This document shows, in pieces, positions 51,490 to 64,000 of a stretch of DNA of 64,000 bases (positions are counted from its first letter, which is position 1; every line of letters starts with the position of its first letter). This stretch comes from Octopus sinensis. Taxonomy: Eukaryota. Made by a program: the position numbers and the translations under genes. The notes beneath the pieces are model-generated. The model had not been told where the DNA came from. It searched no databases and saw only the letters and a list, made by a program, of their open reading frames with translations. The DNA is taken from positions 16,616,001 through 16,680,000 of the forward strand of contig NC_043003.1 in the NCBI RefSeq assembly GCF_006345805.1, read 5' to 3'.

Positions 51490-51578
51490 GCGGCTGAAGA
51501 AGGCTATTGACATATACATGTTACATCAATTATGCATTGATATAAACTGTCCAATAAAGCCAGAAACATATGTACCGC
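51490..51578 (+). ncRNA. Type I hammerhead with long branched stem II
   Basis: GCGG-CTGAAGA(51494-51500)-A-GGCT...AGCC-A-GAAA(51563-51566)-CATATG-TA-CCGC; palindromic ACATATGT; GUA; A.A at the base of stem II. Confidence 0.7.
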
Positions 51579-51593
51579 TAAATCCTTTACATC

Positions 51594-51639
<46 letters not shown>

Positions 51640-52285
51640 CATATATATATTCATATACATACATAAAAATACACATAAACACATATACGATTACGTGCAT
51701 GTGTGTGCAGTATGTGTGCATATTTATCGTTGAGAGTTATTTAACTTCTATTCAGACTTCAACTGCTCACTAACAATTACTCGATTATATTATGGGTTTA
51801 TTAAAACTAGTATGAGAAATTGACGCTAGCAGAAATACCAACATTTTGTTGTTCTGACACTATATGAATATAATGGTCACGTTTTTACTTTCGTGTGATA
51901 TATGGCCGCAGTCAAATGATTGAAAGAAGTAAAAAAAAGCGATGTTTACAGAGCGAGCTGTGAGGATTACAATGCCTACCTAACTTTAGCTGTGATCAAT
52001 ATTAGCTCAAAGCTGTTGTTGTAAACATTTAGGAGTGTTTATATAAAAGTCATATAAAGTTGGTTAACGAATTAATAACAATAATTCTTTCTACTTTAGG
52101 TACAAAGCTTGAAAAGTTTGATCCAAGGTGTGTAATCGACTACATTGACGCCCCCCCCCCAGTTCTCTACTGGTATATATTTTTATCGACCCCGAAAGGA
52201 TGAAAGGTGAAGTCGACCACGGCGGAGCTTGAACTCAGAACGCTGTGTATTTTGTTCGACGTGCTAACAATATTTCCAGCTCTCT

Positions 52286-52739
52286 AAGGCGGCGAGCTGG
52301 CAGAATCGTTAGCACGCCGGGCAAAATGCGTAGCCGTATTTCGTTTGCCGATACGTTCTGAGTTCAAATTCCGCCGAGGTCGACTTTGCCTTTCATCTTT
52401 TCGGGGTCGATTAAATAAGTACCAGTTATGCACTCGGTTCGATATAATCGACTTAATCCGTTTGTCTGTCCTTGTTTGTCCTCTCTATGTTTAGCCCCTT
52501 GTAGGTAGTAAAGAAATAGGTATTTCGTCTGCCGTTACGTTCTGAGTTCAAATTCCGCCGAGGTCGATTTTGCCTTTCATCCTCTCGGGGTCGATAGATT
52601 AAGTACCAGTTATGCACTGGGGTCGATGTAATCGACTTAACCCCTTTGTCTACCCTATTTGTCCCTTCTGTGTTTAGCCCCTTGTGGGCAATAAAGAAAT
52701 AAGAAACATTAGCACGCTAACGACCCGGCCAACTCACCG

Positions 52740-52773
<34 letters not shown>

Positions 52774-52774
52774 G

Positions 52775-52806
<32 letters not shown>

Positions 52807-52810
52807 GGTG

Positions 52811-52841
<31 letters not shown>

Positions 52842-53090
52842 CATTATTATTATTATTAAGGCGGCGAGCTGGCGGAAACGTTAGAACGCCGGGCGAAACG
52901 CGTAGCAGTATTTCGTCTGCCGTTACGTTCTGAGTTCAAATTCCGCCGAGGTCGACTTTCCCTTTCATCCTTTCGGGGTCAATAAATTAAGTACCAGTTA
53001 CGCACTGGGGTCGATATAATCGACTTAATCCGTTTGTCTGTCCTTGTTTGTCCCCTCTGTGTTTAGCCCCTTGTGGGCAGTAAAGAAACA
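52286..53090 (+). mobile_element. SINE type B dimer plus monomer separated by (ATT)n/(GTT)n/(GGT)n
   Basis: Junction AAAGAAATA|GGTATTTC at ~52519; AAATAAG|AAACATTAGCAC at ~52702. Confidence 0.9.
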
Positions 53091-53372
53091 AATTATTATT
53101 ATTATTATTATTAATAATAATAATAATAATAATGATAATAATAATAATAATTTCACTTATGTGCCACAAGAGCAAAGGATGAAGAGGACAATAATATATT
53201 CTTTCTTATTTTTCCACATGACCAACAATTTTGAGGGGAGAGGGAAGCCGATTATCAGCCCTAGTTTTCAGCTGATACTTATTTCATTGACCTCGAAAGG
53301 ACGAAAAGCAAAGACGACTTCTGAGGCGTTTGAACTAACTCAGAACGAAAAGTTTGAATTAAACGCCGCTAA

Positions 53373-53535
53373 GCGCAGGAGTGGCTGTGTGGTAAGTAGC
53401 TAACTTACCAATCACAGGGATCGGGTTCAGTTCCACTGCATGGTACCTTGGTCAAGTGTTTGCTACTATAGCCTCGGGCCGACAAAAGCCTTGTGAGTGG
53501 ATTTGGTAGACGGACACTGAAAGAAGCCCGTCGTA

Positions 53536-53630
<95 letters not shown>

Positions 53631-53866
53631 ATGTGTATGTATGTATATATGTATGTATATCTGTTTGTGTGTCTGTGTTTTTCCCCCCACCATCGCTCGA
53701 TAACCGACGCTGGTGTGTTTACGTTCCCGTAACTTAGAGGTTCGGCAAAAAGCGACCGATAGAATAAGGACTAGGCTTACAAAGAATAAGTCCTGGGGTC
53801 GATTTGCGGTGCTCCAGCATGGCCGCAATCAAATGACTGAAACAAGTAAAAGAGTAAAAGAGAGTA
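53373..53866 (+). mobile_element. SINE type A, full length
   Basis: Head, B-box GGGTTCAGTTCC, internal (TA)n, tail. Confidence 0.9.
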
Positions 53867-55181
53867 AGCATTTTGAACGGCATGCTATTAATTGTTCTAC
53901 CAGTTTCCCCCCACCTCCTTTATAGTAAATAAATGAACTCCTTAAAATGAAAAAAATAACAAACATAATAAAGAAAAAATATAACAAAACCACAAAAGCT
54001 AAAAAGGAAGATAGCTAAAAAAGAAAACGAATTGAAACGAATTTTAAGAAATAGCTTCAAACATTACCTTATTTTTCTTGGTCTGTGATATGGAGTTGGG
54101 TAATCATACATTTCATTGAATAAAATGGTTTCTTTACTGGTTCTTATTTTATAAATTTTGTAAATTTGTAAATTTTGTAAAGTTCTCTCGTTGAACAATT
54201 ACTGTGCAATATTACTTGTATTATGTAACAATTTAATGACCCAGGGATTCTTTTAGGTAAAGTAGTTTGTCTATTATTACTGTTTTCAGAGCAGCTTTTG
54301 TATTATAAACGGCAAATATTCTGAGCATGTCTGAAGTTCTTTCAAAACAAATGATTTTTCTGATAACGCTATTGTTCGTCCTGCGTAAAGTAAACTAAAT
54401 TATGGTTTCATAGACGAATTAATTAATTAATTGATTCTTTAACCTGTAGAACAACAATGGTTACAGGTATGAATATGTCAAGAGCTAGGAATATATTACG
54501 ATTGCTGGATTTTATTTCTAACCTTCTACGGTGGTAGTTCAAACGCAACACTGCTCTTATGTGTCTGATTACTTATCATTTGCAACTAAGCGAAGACAAG
54601 CAATTTCACCAGCTTGTGAAATGATGGACACTATATGTCGTCGATCAGCCTGCTAGATATAGAAGCAGCCACATCTACCTCAAATAAAACTGCCGCATTA
54701 AAAACAAAAGGAAGGATCACGTTGAATTCAAACTGGTTCTCCGTCAGTTACGACGACGACAACGACGACGAGGGATGCAGTTGATACGATCGTCGGAAAT
54801 AGCCTTCCGTGAAATTAACGTGCAAGTGGCTGAGTATTCCACAGACACGCGTACCCTTGACGTAGTTTACAAAGAGATGCAGCGTGAAACAATGCAACAA
54901 AGCTGGCCCTTTGAAATGCAGGTACTACTCATTTTTGCCAGCTGAGTAGACTGGAGCAACGTAAAATAAAGAGCCTTGCTTAAGGACATAACACACCGCA
55001 GGGAATCGAACTCATGATCTTCGATCGTATACCATGTACTCTAACCACTAGGCCACGTACTTTCATATATCATGTTGAATGATGAGCTTATAAGTGCATT
55101 GTTTCTATGAAGGTATCTCTAGTCTTAGCGTTTCGTATTTTGCATCCACGAATGATGAATATAATTGCTCTTTATAGCTAA

Positions 55182-55610
55182 TACTCTTTACTCTTTTACT
55201 GGTTTCAGTCATTTTGACTGCGGCCATGCTGGAGCATCGCCTTTAGTCGAGAAAATCGACCTCAGGACTTATTCTTTGTAAGCCTAGTACTTATTCTATC
55301 GGTTTTTTTTTGCCGAACCGCTAATGTTACGGGGACGTAAATACACCACCATCGGTTGTCAAGCGATGTTGGGGGGACAAACACACACACACAAAAACAC
55401 ACACACACACACACACATACACACAAACACAAACACACACACAAACACACACACACACGAGCTTCTTTCAGTTTCCGTCTACCAAATCCACGCACAAGGG
55501 TTTGATGGGCTAGAGGCTACAGTAGAAGACACTTGCCCAAGGTGCCACGCAGTGGGAATGAACCCGGAACCATGTGGTTGGTAAGCAAGCAATTTACCAC
55601 ACAGCCACTC
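55182..55610 (-). mobile_element. SINE type A
   Basis: Same motifs, reverse complement. Confidence 0.9.
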
Positions 55611-56104
55611 AAGAAATTATTATTGTTATTTTCCCTAAGCTGGAAGAATCTTTAGCACACCAGACAAAAATGCTTCACCGTCTTTCGCCTGTTTTTACGT
55701 TCTCCGTTGAAATTTTGCTGAGGGCGACTTTGCCTTTTACCCTTTCAGGGTCCATAAATACTTTTGCAAACCACTTACTTTTGAGTTGCCAGGAATTTGG
55801 CCTCCCTATTTGCTTGCTCCTTTTGTTGTCATCCCAAGTGCCCTCAATAACAACAAGCTATGTTTATTATTATTTGTTCTAGAGCTGGTAGAATTATCAG
55901 CACGCCGGACAAGACACTCAGCGGCGTTTCGTTCGGTTTTTACATTCTAAATTCAAGTTCCGAGAAATCCACTTAGATTTTCTCTTTTCTGGATCGATGA
56001 AATAAGTATCAGTCAAGCACTGGGGTCAATTTAATCGACTAACCCCTTCCTGCAAATTCCAAACCTTGTGCCTGGAGTAGAAAGGATTATTACACTTAAC
56101 TTTA

Positions 56105-57046
56105 AGGCGGCGAGCTGGCAGAAACGTTAGCACGCCGGGCGAAATGCTTAGCGGTATTTCGTCTGCCGCTACGCTCTGAGTTCAAATTCCACCGAGGTCG
56201 ACTTTGCCTTTCATCCTTTCGGGGTCAATTAAATAAGTACCAGTTACGCACTGGGGTCGATATAATCGACTTAATCCGTTTGTCTGTCCTTGTTTGTCCT
56301 CTCTGTGTTTAGCCCCTTGTGGGTAGTAAAGAAATAGGTATTTCGACTGCCGCTACGTTCTGAGTTCAAATTCCGCCGAGGTCGACTTTGCCTTTCATCC
56401 TTTCGGGGTCGATTAGATAAGTACCAGTTACGCACTGGGGTCGATATAATCGACTTAATCCGTTTGTCTGTCCTTGTTTGTCCTCTCTGTGTTTATCCCC
56501 TTGTGGGTAGTAAAGAAATAGGTATTTCGTCTGTCTTTAAAGGTGGCGAGCTGGCAGAAACGTTAGCACGCCGTGCGAAATGCCTAGCGGTATTTCGTCT
56601 GTCGCTACGTTCTAAGTTCAAATTCCGCCGAGGTCGACTTTGCCTTTCATCCTTTCGGGTTGATTAAATAAGTACCAGTTACGCACTGGGGTCCATATAA
56701 TCGACTTAATCCGTTTGTCTGTCCTCTCTGTGTTTAGCCCCTTGTGGGTAGTAAAGAAATAGGTATTTCGACTGCCGCTACGTTCTGAGTTCAAATTCCG
56801 CCGAGGTCGACTTTGCCTTTCATCTTTTCGGGGTCGATTAAATAAGTACCAGTTACGCACTGAGGTCGATATAATCAACTTAATCCGTTTGTCTGTCCTT
56901 GTTTGTCCTCTCTGTGTGTAGCCCCTTATGGGCAATAAAGAAATTGGTATTTCGTCTGCTATTACTTTCTGAGTTCAAATTCCGCCGAGGTCGACTTTGC
57001 CTTTCATCCTTTCGGGGTCGATTAAATAAATAACAGTTACGCACTG
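56105..57046 (+). mobile_element. SINE type B concatemer, 5 units
   Basis: Headless units start GGTATTTC at 56337, 56762, 56946 (184-bp spacing); second full head at 56540. Confidence 0.95.
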
Positions 57047-57589
57047 AAAATCCCGATAAGATCCGGTGCCTTAGAGCAATAAACGCGTGACTTCGTTATA
57101 TCGTCTGATGTAGTACTAAATATAGATAATAAACAAACAACAGACAGCATTTTCTTTCAACGAGAATATAATTTAATGACATCGTGAGTGAGACGTGTAA
57201 ACTTATCTCAAACAACTGCCTCTCAGTGTATAACAAAGTATCGTTTTCATCTAACGATTGCATCGGTTTCTCAGAAATAGATCTAAACTTTCTCAGATGC
57301 GACTAAGATGATTCAATTAAATGGTGTGATAGGAAGTATACATAAAAGGAAGACTTAGTTTTTGGGGGGACACATACTGAAGGCAATCCTGTGAATGAAT
57401 TTTTTTTTCTCCCTCTGAATAAATCAAGTTTCCGTTTATGAATCATGTTGCTCACCCCGAATATATTGTGTTACTTATGCGATTACCGAGTAAAATTCCC
57501 GTCAAAAGCCTTCAGCTAATCAAATTCGTCCGTTTAAACCTAATAAAGGAAGTTAAAAAAAACATACCTAAAGCACACGGCTCTTTCAA

Positions 57590-57627
<38 letters not shown>

Positions 57628-57846
57628 TCATATACACAGATATATATACATATATATGTATATAGGTTATGTATATTTATATATATGTAAATATATGTAT
57701 ATAAATATATATATATATATGTAAATGTATGTATATATATATATATACATATATACATACACATATATATGTGTGTGTGTAAATATATGTATATATATAT
57801 ATATTATATATATATATATATATATATGTAAATATATATGTATATA

Positions 57847-57890
<44 letters not shown>

Positions 57891-57907
57891 GTAAATATAT
57901 GTATATA

Positions 57908-57949
<42 letters not shown>

Positions 57950-58570
57950 AATGAATGTTTTTATATATAATGAACGTGAAATACAGGAAGGGACGAACAC
58001 GGAACACAGACAAATCATTCGAAGCCTTCAATCTTCAGTCAGACACCGAATCATCATAGCAAATTTCGGCTGTTCAATTCTGATATTGCTCCAACTCGGC
58101 CAGCCCCAAGAAAAAAAACTAAGCTGTAAGCATTAGATTTCTTGGTAGAAGACAGGAATGTGAACGCACAAGACGGATGTGAATACAAGAGACGAAAACG
58201 AAATTGAAAACAGTAATGAATAAACAAAATATATATAACGGTGGTTGTCATACGACTTTAGACCAAATGAGACAAAACAACAACAACATAGCAGCTGGCG
58301 TAGAAATAATTACCGTTTCGGTAGCGGGGACACATATATGTATGTATATATATATATATATATGTGTGTGTGTGGTATGATCAATAAGTATCCGGATGGT
58401 GCCATAGTAACAAAACTGAAGCACGGTTGATACAGGTAGGGATTAAAGTCTGTTGTGCATGCGCACAAAGTTTTAACGTTCTAGCTCACTTCTGCTGTTT
58501 ACAGCAGTGCTTGGAATAAAGGTGTATAGTGTGTGATCGTCGCATTGACCATGACAGAAAAAGTTGAGCA

Positions 58571-59143
58571 GAGCTGGCAGAAACGTTAGCGCGCCAGGCG
58601 AAATGCTTAGCGGTATTTCGTCTGCCGTTACGTTCTGAGTTTAAATTCCGCCGAGGTCGACTTTGCCTTTCATCTTTTCGGGGTCGATTAAATAAGTACC
58701 AGTTACGCACTGGGGTCGATATAATCGACTTAATCCCTTTGTCTGTCCTTGTTTGTCTTCTCTGAGTTTATCCCCTTGTGAGTAGTAAAGAAATAGGTAT
58801 TTCGTCTGCCGCTACGTTCTGAGTTCAAATTCTGCCGAGGTCGACTTTGCCTTTCATCTTTTCGGGGTCGATTAAATAAGTACCAGTTACGCACTGGGTT
58901 CGATGAAATCGACTTAATCCCTTTGTCTGTCCTTGTTTGTCCTCTCTGTGTTTATCCCCTTGTGGGTAGTAAAGAAATAGGTATTTCATCCGTCCTTACA
59001 TTCTGAGTTCAGATTCCGCCGAAGTCGACTTTGCCTTTCATCCTTTCGGGGTCGATACATTTAGTACCAGTTGCGCACTGGAGTCGATATAATCTACTGG
59101 CCTTCTCCCCCAAAATTTCGGGCCTTGTGCCTAGAGTAGAAAA
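58571..59143 (+). mobile_element. SINE type B trimer, last unit with alternative tail
   Basis: Junctions at 58796 and 58980 (184 bp); last unit ends AAAATTTCGGGCCTTGTGCCTAGAGTAGAAAAGA. Confidence 0.92.
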
Positions 59144-61189
59144 GATTCTTTATTTCAGTCACTGGACAACAGCCATGCTAGGGTACACAGCCTCTTGAAC
59201 GGCTTAGTTGCACAAATTGATCCTATTACTATTTTTTTAAGCCTAGTACATATTCTATCGATCCCTTTTGCTAAACCGCCCAGTTACGGGGACGTAAACA
59301 AACCAGCACCGATACAATTAAGCAATGTCAGGGGACAAACACAAACACAACGATTCGCAGATATATACTTGCACACTTGTGTATGTGCCCGCGCATACAC
59401 ACACACACACACACACACACAGTTAAATCATATTCCTGTAGAAACCTTGTAGGGTACTGTGTAAAGCTCGTCCGCTGTTTTTGACTAATTCATGTTATCA
59501 ACAGTAGAAATGCGCACGCTTTTCCAGCCTATCTAATTACTCGCTGACTTGATTCAAATCCTCGAAAGGCACAGCTCGCTTCGGTTTAAGTACCGGTACA
59601 GCGTTTTCTTTCACTTAAAATTTTACTTTTGTCTTAGTGCATTTACCAAATTCTTCCGAAAAAAAAAAACTATCAGGAAAAAATCTTTTTTAAATCTTCC
59701 GACGCCTTATTTGAACTGGCGTTACAACCGTTTACATTATTGCAAAAAATATTTATGGGGATGTTCTATAAATTAAACAATTCTATCCAGTCTGTGCCAG
59801 AAAGGTTCGTCGTATTTTTGATGCCTTCAAAAGTTTCCCACAAAATCTTACCTCACTAATCATTTCACCCAAAAATCGCAATAGTTTTCCTGAGATATCT
59901 CTCGCCATTTTCGCAGTTTTTTTTTCAATGTAGGCCTTCCAATTTTTTCCCTGTATCCTCGTTAATTATTGCGATGTCACTAGCTGTGTCCAACTGTAGT
60001 CTCGTATTCACATTATTTATTTTCATAGAAACAAATTTTCTTTTTTCTGCTTTGCTTTGCATTTGTGTTGACAATACCGTTTTTCTCGAATTTTTTTCAT
60101 TCGATCATTTTTATATCACCCAACATTGTGAATTCTTGTATCGAATTTTCCCACATCCAAAACATTTTAAAAGGACATCCGTCACAGGTGAGCTGCAAGA
60201 TGCAGGAGGAAAGAGTGAGAGGAAGTTGTGGTGAAAGAGTCAGCAGAAGTTCGCCATCACATTCTGCTGGAGCCACATGGAGCTTACGTGTTTCACTCAT
60301 AAACACACACATCGCCCGGTCTGAGATTCGAACCTGTGATCCCTCGATCGCGAGTCCGCTGCTCTAACCACTAAGGCATGTGCCCCAACATATATAAATA
60401 TAGGAATGGTATTATCAAAATACCATCACGAGTGGCAAGCGAATTATCAGCTGTACAGGCAAATTAATAAAATATATACATACGATATGTACATATATAC
60501 GCAAAGGCACTACATGAGCACCTACATCGCTAAAAATAGAAGTCAAAAATACTTCTGTACTATCGAATAGTCACAAATCTATTACAGACATGATAGGAAA
60601 AAATATCAGTGAACAGTAATAACGTCTTGCCTCTACTGTATATATACATGTATATATGTGTGTATGTATGTGCATATATATATATATGGATATGTATGCA
60701 TGTACGTATGTATGCATGTATGTATGTGTGTATGTATGTATTTATGTATGTGTGTGTATGTATATATGTGTGTGTGCGTGTATGTATATATATATGTGTG
60801 TATATATATATATGTGTGTGTATATATATATATATATGTGTGTATATATATATATATGAATATGCATGTATATGTATATATGAAAATGTATATGCGTATA
60901 TATGTTTATGCGTGTATTTCTTTTGTTGTTGTTGCTGCTGTTGTTGTTGTTCTTCTTCTTCTTGTTCTTGTATATATATATTCTTTTATATATATATATA
61001 TATTCTTTTATATTCTCCCTTATTTTTTTCTTTTTTTATTTAAGCAACCAGTAAAACATACATTTTTCAGGTTGAAAACGGCTACTTGAAGCTCGAACCT
61101 TATATCAGAGTAACTCACTGTAAACATTATTATTATGATTAAAATAAAAGTTCTACTCATTTTTTTCAAATATATGTATAAATGTGTGC

Positions 61190-61224
<35 letters not shown>

Positions 61225-61509
61225 TAAACTGAAACTTTCCACAATTGAACATGCACAGCGTCCAATGCCTGAAAGAAATTGTATTTTGTGTAAATTATCT
61301 AAGTTACTTGTGTTTCATTTCGTTTTTCGTGTAATTGATATAGTTTTTTATGTAACCCGGATGTCGCTTGTCTTCAAGCGAAATTTCAAAATACCTTGTT
61401 CGTCAGCAAAATTTCGAAAAATAATACGAAAGGTAAGGTAAAATAAAAATCAATAAACTATTTGAATTTTACTTTGTGTGCGTATGTGTGTGTGTATACA
61501 CAACTGTGC

Positions 61510-61605
61510 CGTTAAGAGGTCTCTTTGCAAGTAGCTTGTGCTATATTTTCTTTGAACAAAGCCTTGTGAGTGAATTTAGAGACTGAAACTGCGTGGAAGC
61601 CCATC

Positions 61606-61652
<47 letters not shown>

Positions 61653-61950
61653 GTGTGTGTGTGTGTGTGTATTATATCGTATATATGTATGTACATATTT
61701 GTGTGCGCGTATGTGTGTGTGTGTGTGTGTGTGCGTGTGTGTGCGTGTGTGTGTGAATTTGTCTCTCTCCGTTGATAACCGTTGTCTCTGCAACTTAGCG
61801 GTTCAGCAAAAGCAATCGATAGAATAAGTATCAGACTGAAGATAAAAAAAAAATAAAGAATGGGTACCGGGGCCGATTTGTTCCACTAAACCCTTCAAGG
61901 TGGAGCCCCAGCATGGTCGCAGTCAACTGTCTGAAAGAAGCAAAAGAAAA
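61510..61950 (+). mobile_element. SINE type A (degenerate head)
   Basis: AAAGCCTTGTGAGTG..., internal microsatellite, tail GGTGGAGCCCCAGCATGGTCGCAGTC. Confidence 0.78.
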
Positions 61951-62924
61951 GATATAATGATATAACTTATTCTTTTTCGTTTGTTATTTGATTCTGTTAC
62001 TTGTTTCATTCATTGAATTGCGGCCATACTGGGTTGCGATCTTCAAGGGTTTTCGTCGAACAAATCAACTCCATTATTTTAACTCTGGGCTGTATTGATC
62101 GCTTTTTTTTTTTTTTGCTGAACTGTTTCTGTTATGGAGACGTAACGTAAACGAAACAATATTGGTCTTCAAGTGGTACAGGAAAATTTTCAAACACATA
62201 CACGTGACAGGATATTTTTTTTTTTTTTTTCAAATTCAAACACTCTCAGCGAATATTAAATAGCGAACTTCTTTCACGGAATATTTTTGATAATAGCTTA
62301 ACTGTTTCCTCGAAACAAATTTCGGATGGTTTTCTCGGCAAGATTTAATTACAAAACATTTCATATTCTGCTGGTGATAATTTCCTTAAAAGAAGCCGTA
62401 CCTTCTTTTCGTCCGTCCAGCTTTTACACGCTTCCTTGAAGATGCCTTAAGGGCTTAATAAAAGACACTCACCAAAGCTACTGTATGGTGGGACTGAACC
62501 CAAAACTACTTGGTTACGAAGCAAACTTCTTAACCACGTAGCTATGTCTGCGCCTTTGTAGATTTTGTATGAAAGAGAGAAATATTACCAACATTTCTGG
62601 TTATTTGGAGTAAATGGAAAGTTATACCAAGTAATTTTTTCTATTCATGTGCAGGGAGATATTTCGTGTAGATTGTTCGATTATTAAAAACTATGTTAAA
62701 AATCCATAATGTCTAACTTCAATAGTTTCTGAAGATTCGAGAGCGAACTCAGTAAGGCAAACAACTGAATGAAAACCGTATCATCTGATTGGATTTGAGT
62801 AAATTGGATTAGTAAAATGATGGTCGCGGTGTTATTGTTTAGCCCCAAGTTAGCCCTGCCTGATCTGCGATCAGCAGCATTTTGATCTTGATCATCCAAT
62901 ATCGTTCAGTGTCTAAGACTAGAT

Positions 62925-63249
62925 CAGTGGTTCTCAACCACTTTATGCCTATGGACATCCTCGTCCGTAGCCATTCAATGTATACTTTAAAAAAATTCGA
63001 CTGCATTTTTACACTTAAATATTATTAAGAATTGTATTTACAAAAATTAAAATATCTGGTGTATTATTATTTATCTTTTATTTGTTTCAGTCATTTGACT
63101 GTGGCCATGCTCGAGCACCGCCTTTAGTCGAGCAAATCGACCCCAGGACTTATTCTTTGTAAGCCTATTACTTATTCTATCGGTCTCTTTTGCCGAACCG
63201 CTAAGTTACGGGGACGTAAACACACCAGCATCGGTTGTCAAACATATAA

Positions 63250-63283
<34 letters not shown>

Positions 63284-63715
63284 TATATATATATATACGA
63301 CGGGCTTCTTTCAGTTTCCGTCTACCAGATCCACTCACAAGGCTTTGGTCGGCCCGAGGCTATAGTAGAAAATATTTGCCCAAGGTGCTACGCAATGGGA
63401 ATGAACCCGGAACCATGTGGTTGGTAAGCAAGCTACTTACCACACAGCCACTCCTGTACCTATATTTATATATGACGGGCTTCTTTCAGTTTCCGTCTAC
63501 CAAATACACCCACAAGGCTTTGGTCGGCCCGACGCTATCGTAGAAGACACTTGCCCAAGGTGCCACGCAATGGGACTGAACCCGGAGTCATATGATTTGG
63601 AGGTTAGATTGTTACCACGCGGCCACAAGCAATTTAATGCACATAAATTTTAACAAAGACTTTTATGGATCCCCCCGCCACCAAGAGCCATATGGACCCC
63701 GGTTGAGAACAATTA
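62925..63715. mobile_element. hAT MITE with 8-bp TSD, interrupted by SINE A (63075-63625, minus)
   Basis: CAGTGGTTCTCAACC ... GGTTGAGAAC; flanks GACTAGAT (62917-62924) and GACTCGAT (63716-63723), 7/8 match. Confidence 0.8.
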
Positions 63716-64000
63716 GACTCGATTGTCAAACGTGTCGTTTTGTGATGATAATGGTAGTAGTGGTTGTGGTGATGGTGTTGTTTGGGTGAATTGGTGGGAG
63801 AACTTGATTGTTGTATTTTAGCCGGTCAAGCGATCATTTTGAGGTTTTCTTGTTGGTTCATGTTGCACAACATGGTTATATGAGCAAGGACAGCGAACCA
63901 GAAAGGATGTGAAATCAGGAAATGCACACAGGATGTTTAAATCTATGAGTGCTTCTGAGTGCATTTGTGGTGGAAAGGGTGGAAAAAAGAAGATAAGGTG

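Larger units (their letters stand above)
51233..51595. repeat. Fold-back inverted repeat, ~175-bp arms, ~14-nt loop, (TA)n nearby on both sides
   Basis: 51233-51407 is the reverse complement of 51422-51595. Confidence 0.93.

Noticed and set aside
58003-58044. Minus-strand CTGAAGA...CGAAT motif
   Set aside because: GAAA broken, no stem I, implausible stem II

Overview
This is AT-rich eukaryotic DNA made almost entirely of repeats, with one 100-N assembly gap. The SINE families and microsatellite load look like an octopod cephalopod, which is my recognition and not a database result. I cannot support any host protein-coding gene; most ORF-track entries are translated microsatellites. Supported content: a CR1-group LINE fused head-to-head to an RTE LINE; an R4/Dong-like LINE remnant; Penelope-like element (PLE) RT and GIY-YIG remnants; Tc1, mariner, piggyBac, pogo, hAT and Helitron-type remnants or MITEs; and many tRNA-derived SINEs of at least three types. 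The main signal the ORF track misses is a set of minimal type I hammerhead ribozyme (HHR) motifs from several unrelated sequence families, each with a palindromic stem III. One family forms a ~365-bp tandem array (retrozyme-like, U3:A8 core). Four loci are long fold-back inverted repeats with an HHR in each arm, one of them with an apparent G3:C8 swapped core. Nearly all abut (TA)n tracts. Also notable: a SINE 3' tail shared with the resident CR1 LINE, SINE concatemers with recurrent junctions, and a satellite built from a SINE tail. No folding, alignment or cleavage test was run; all structures were read by eye.
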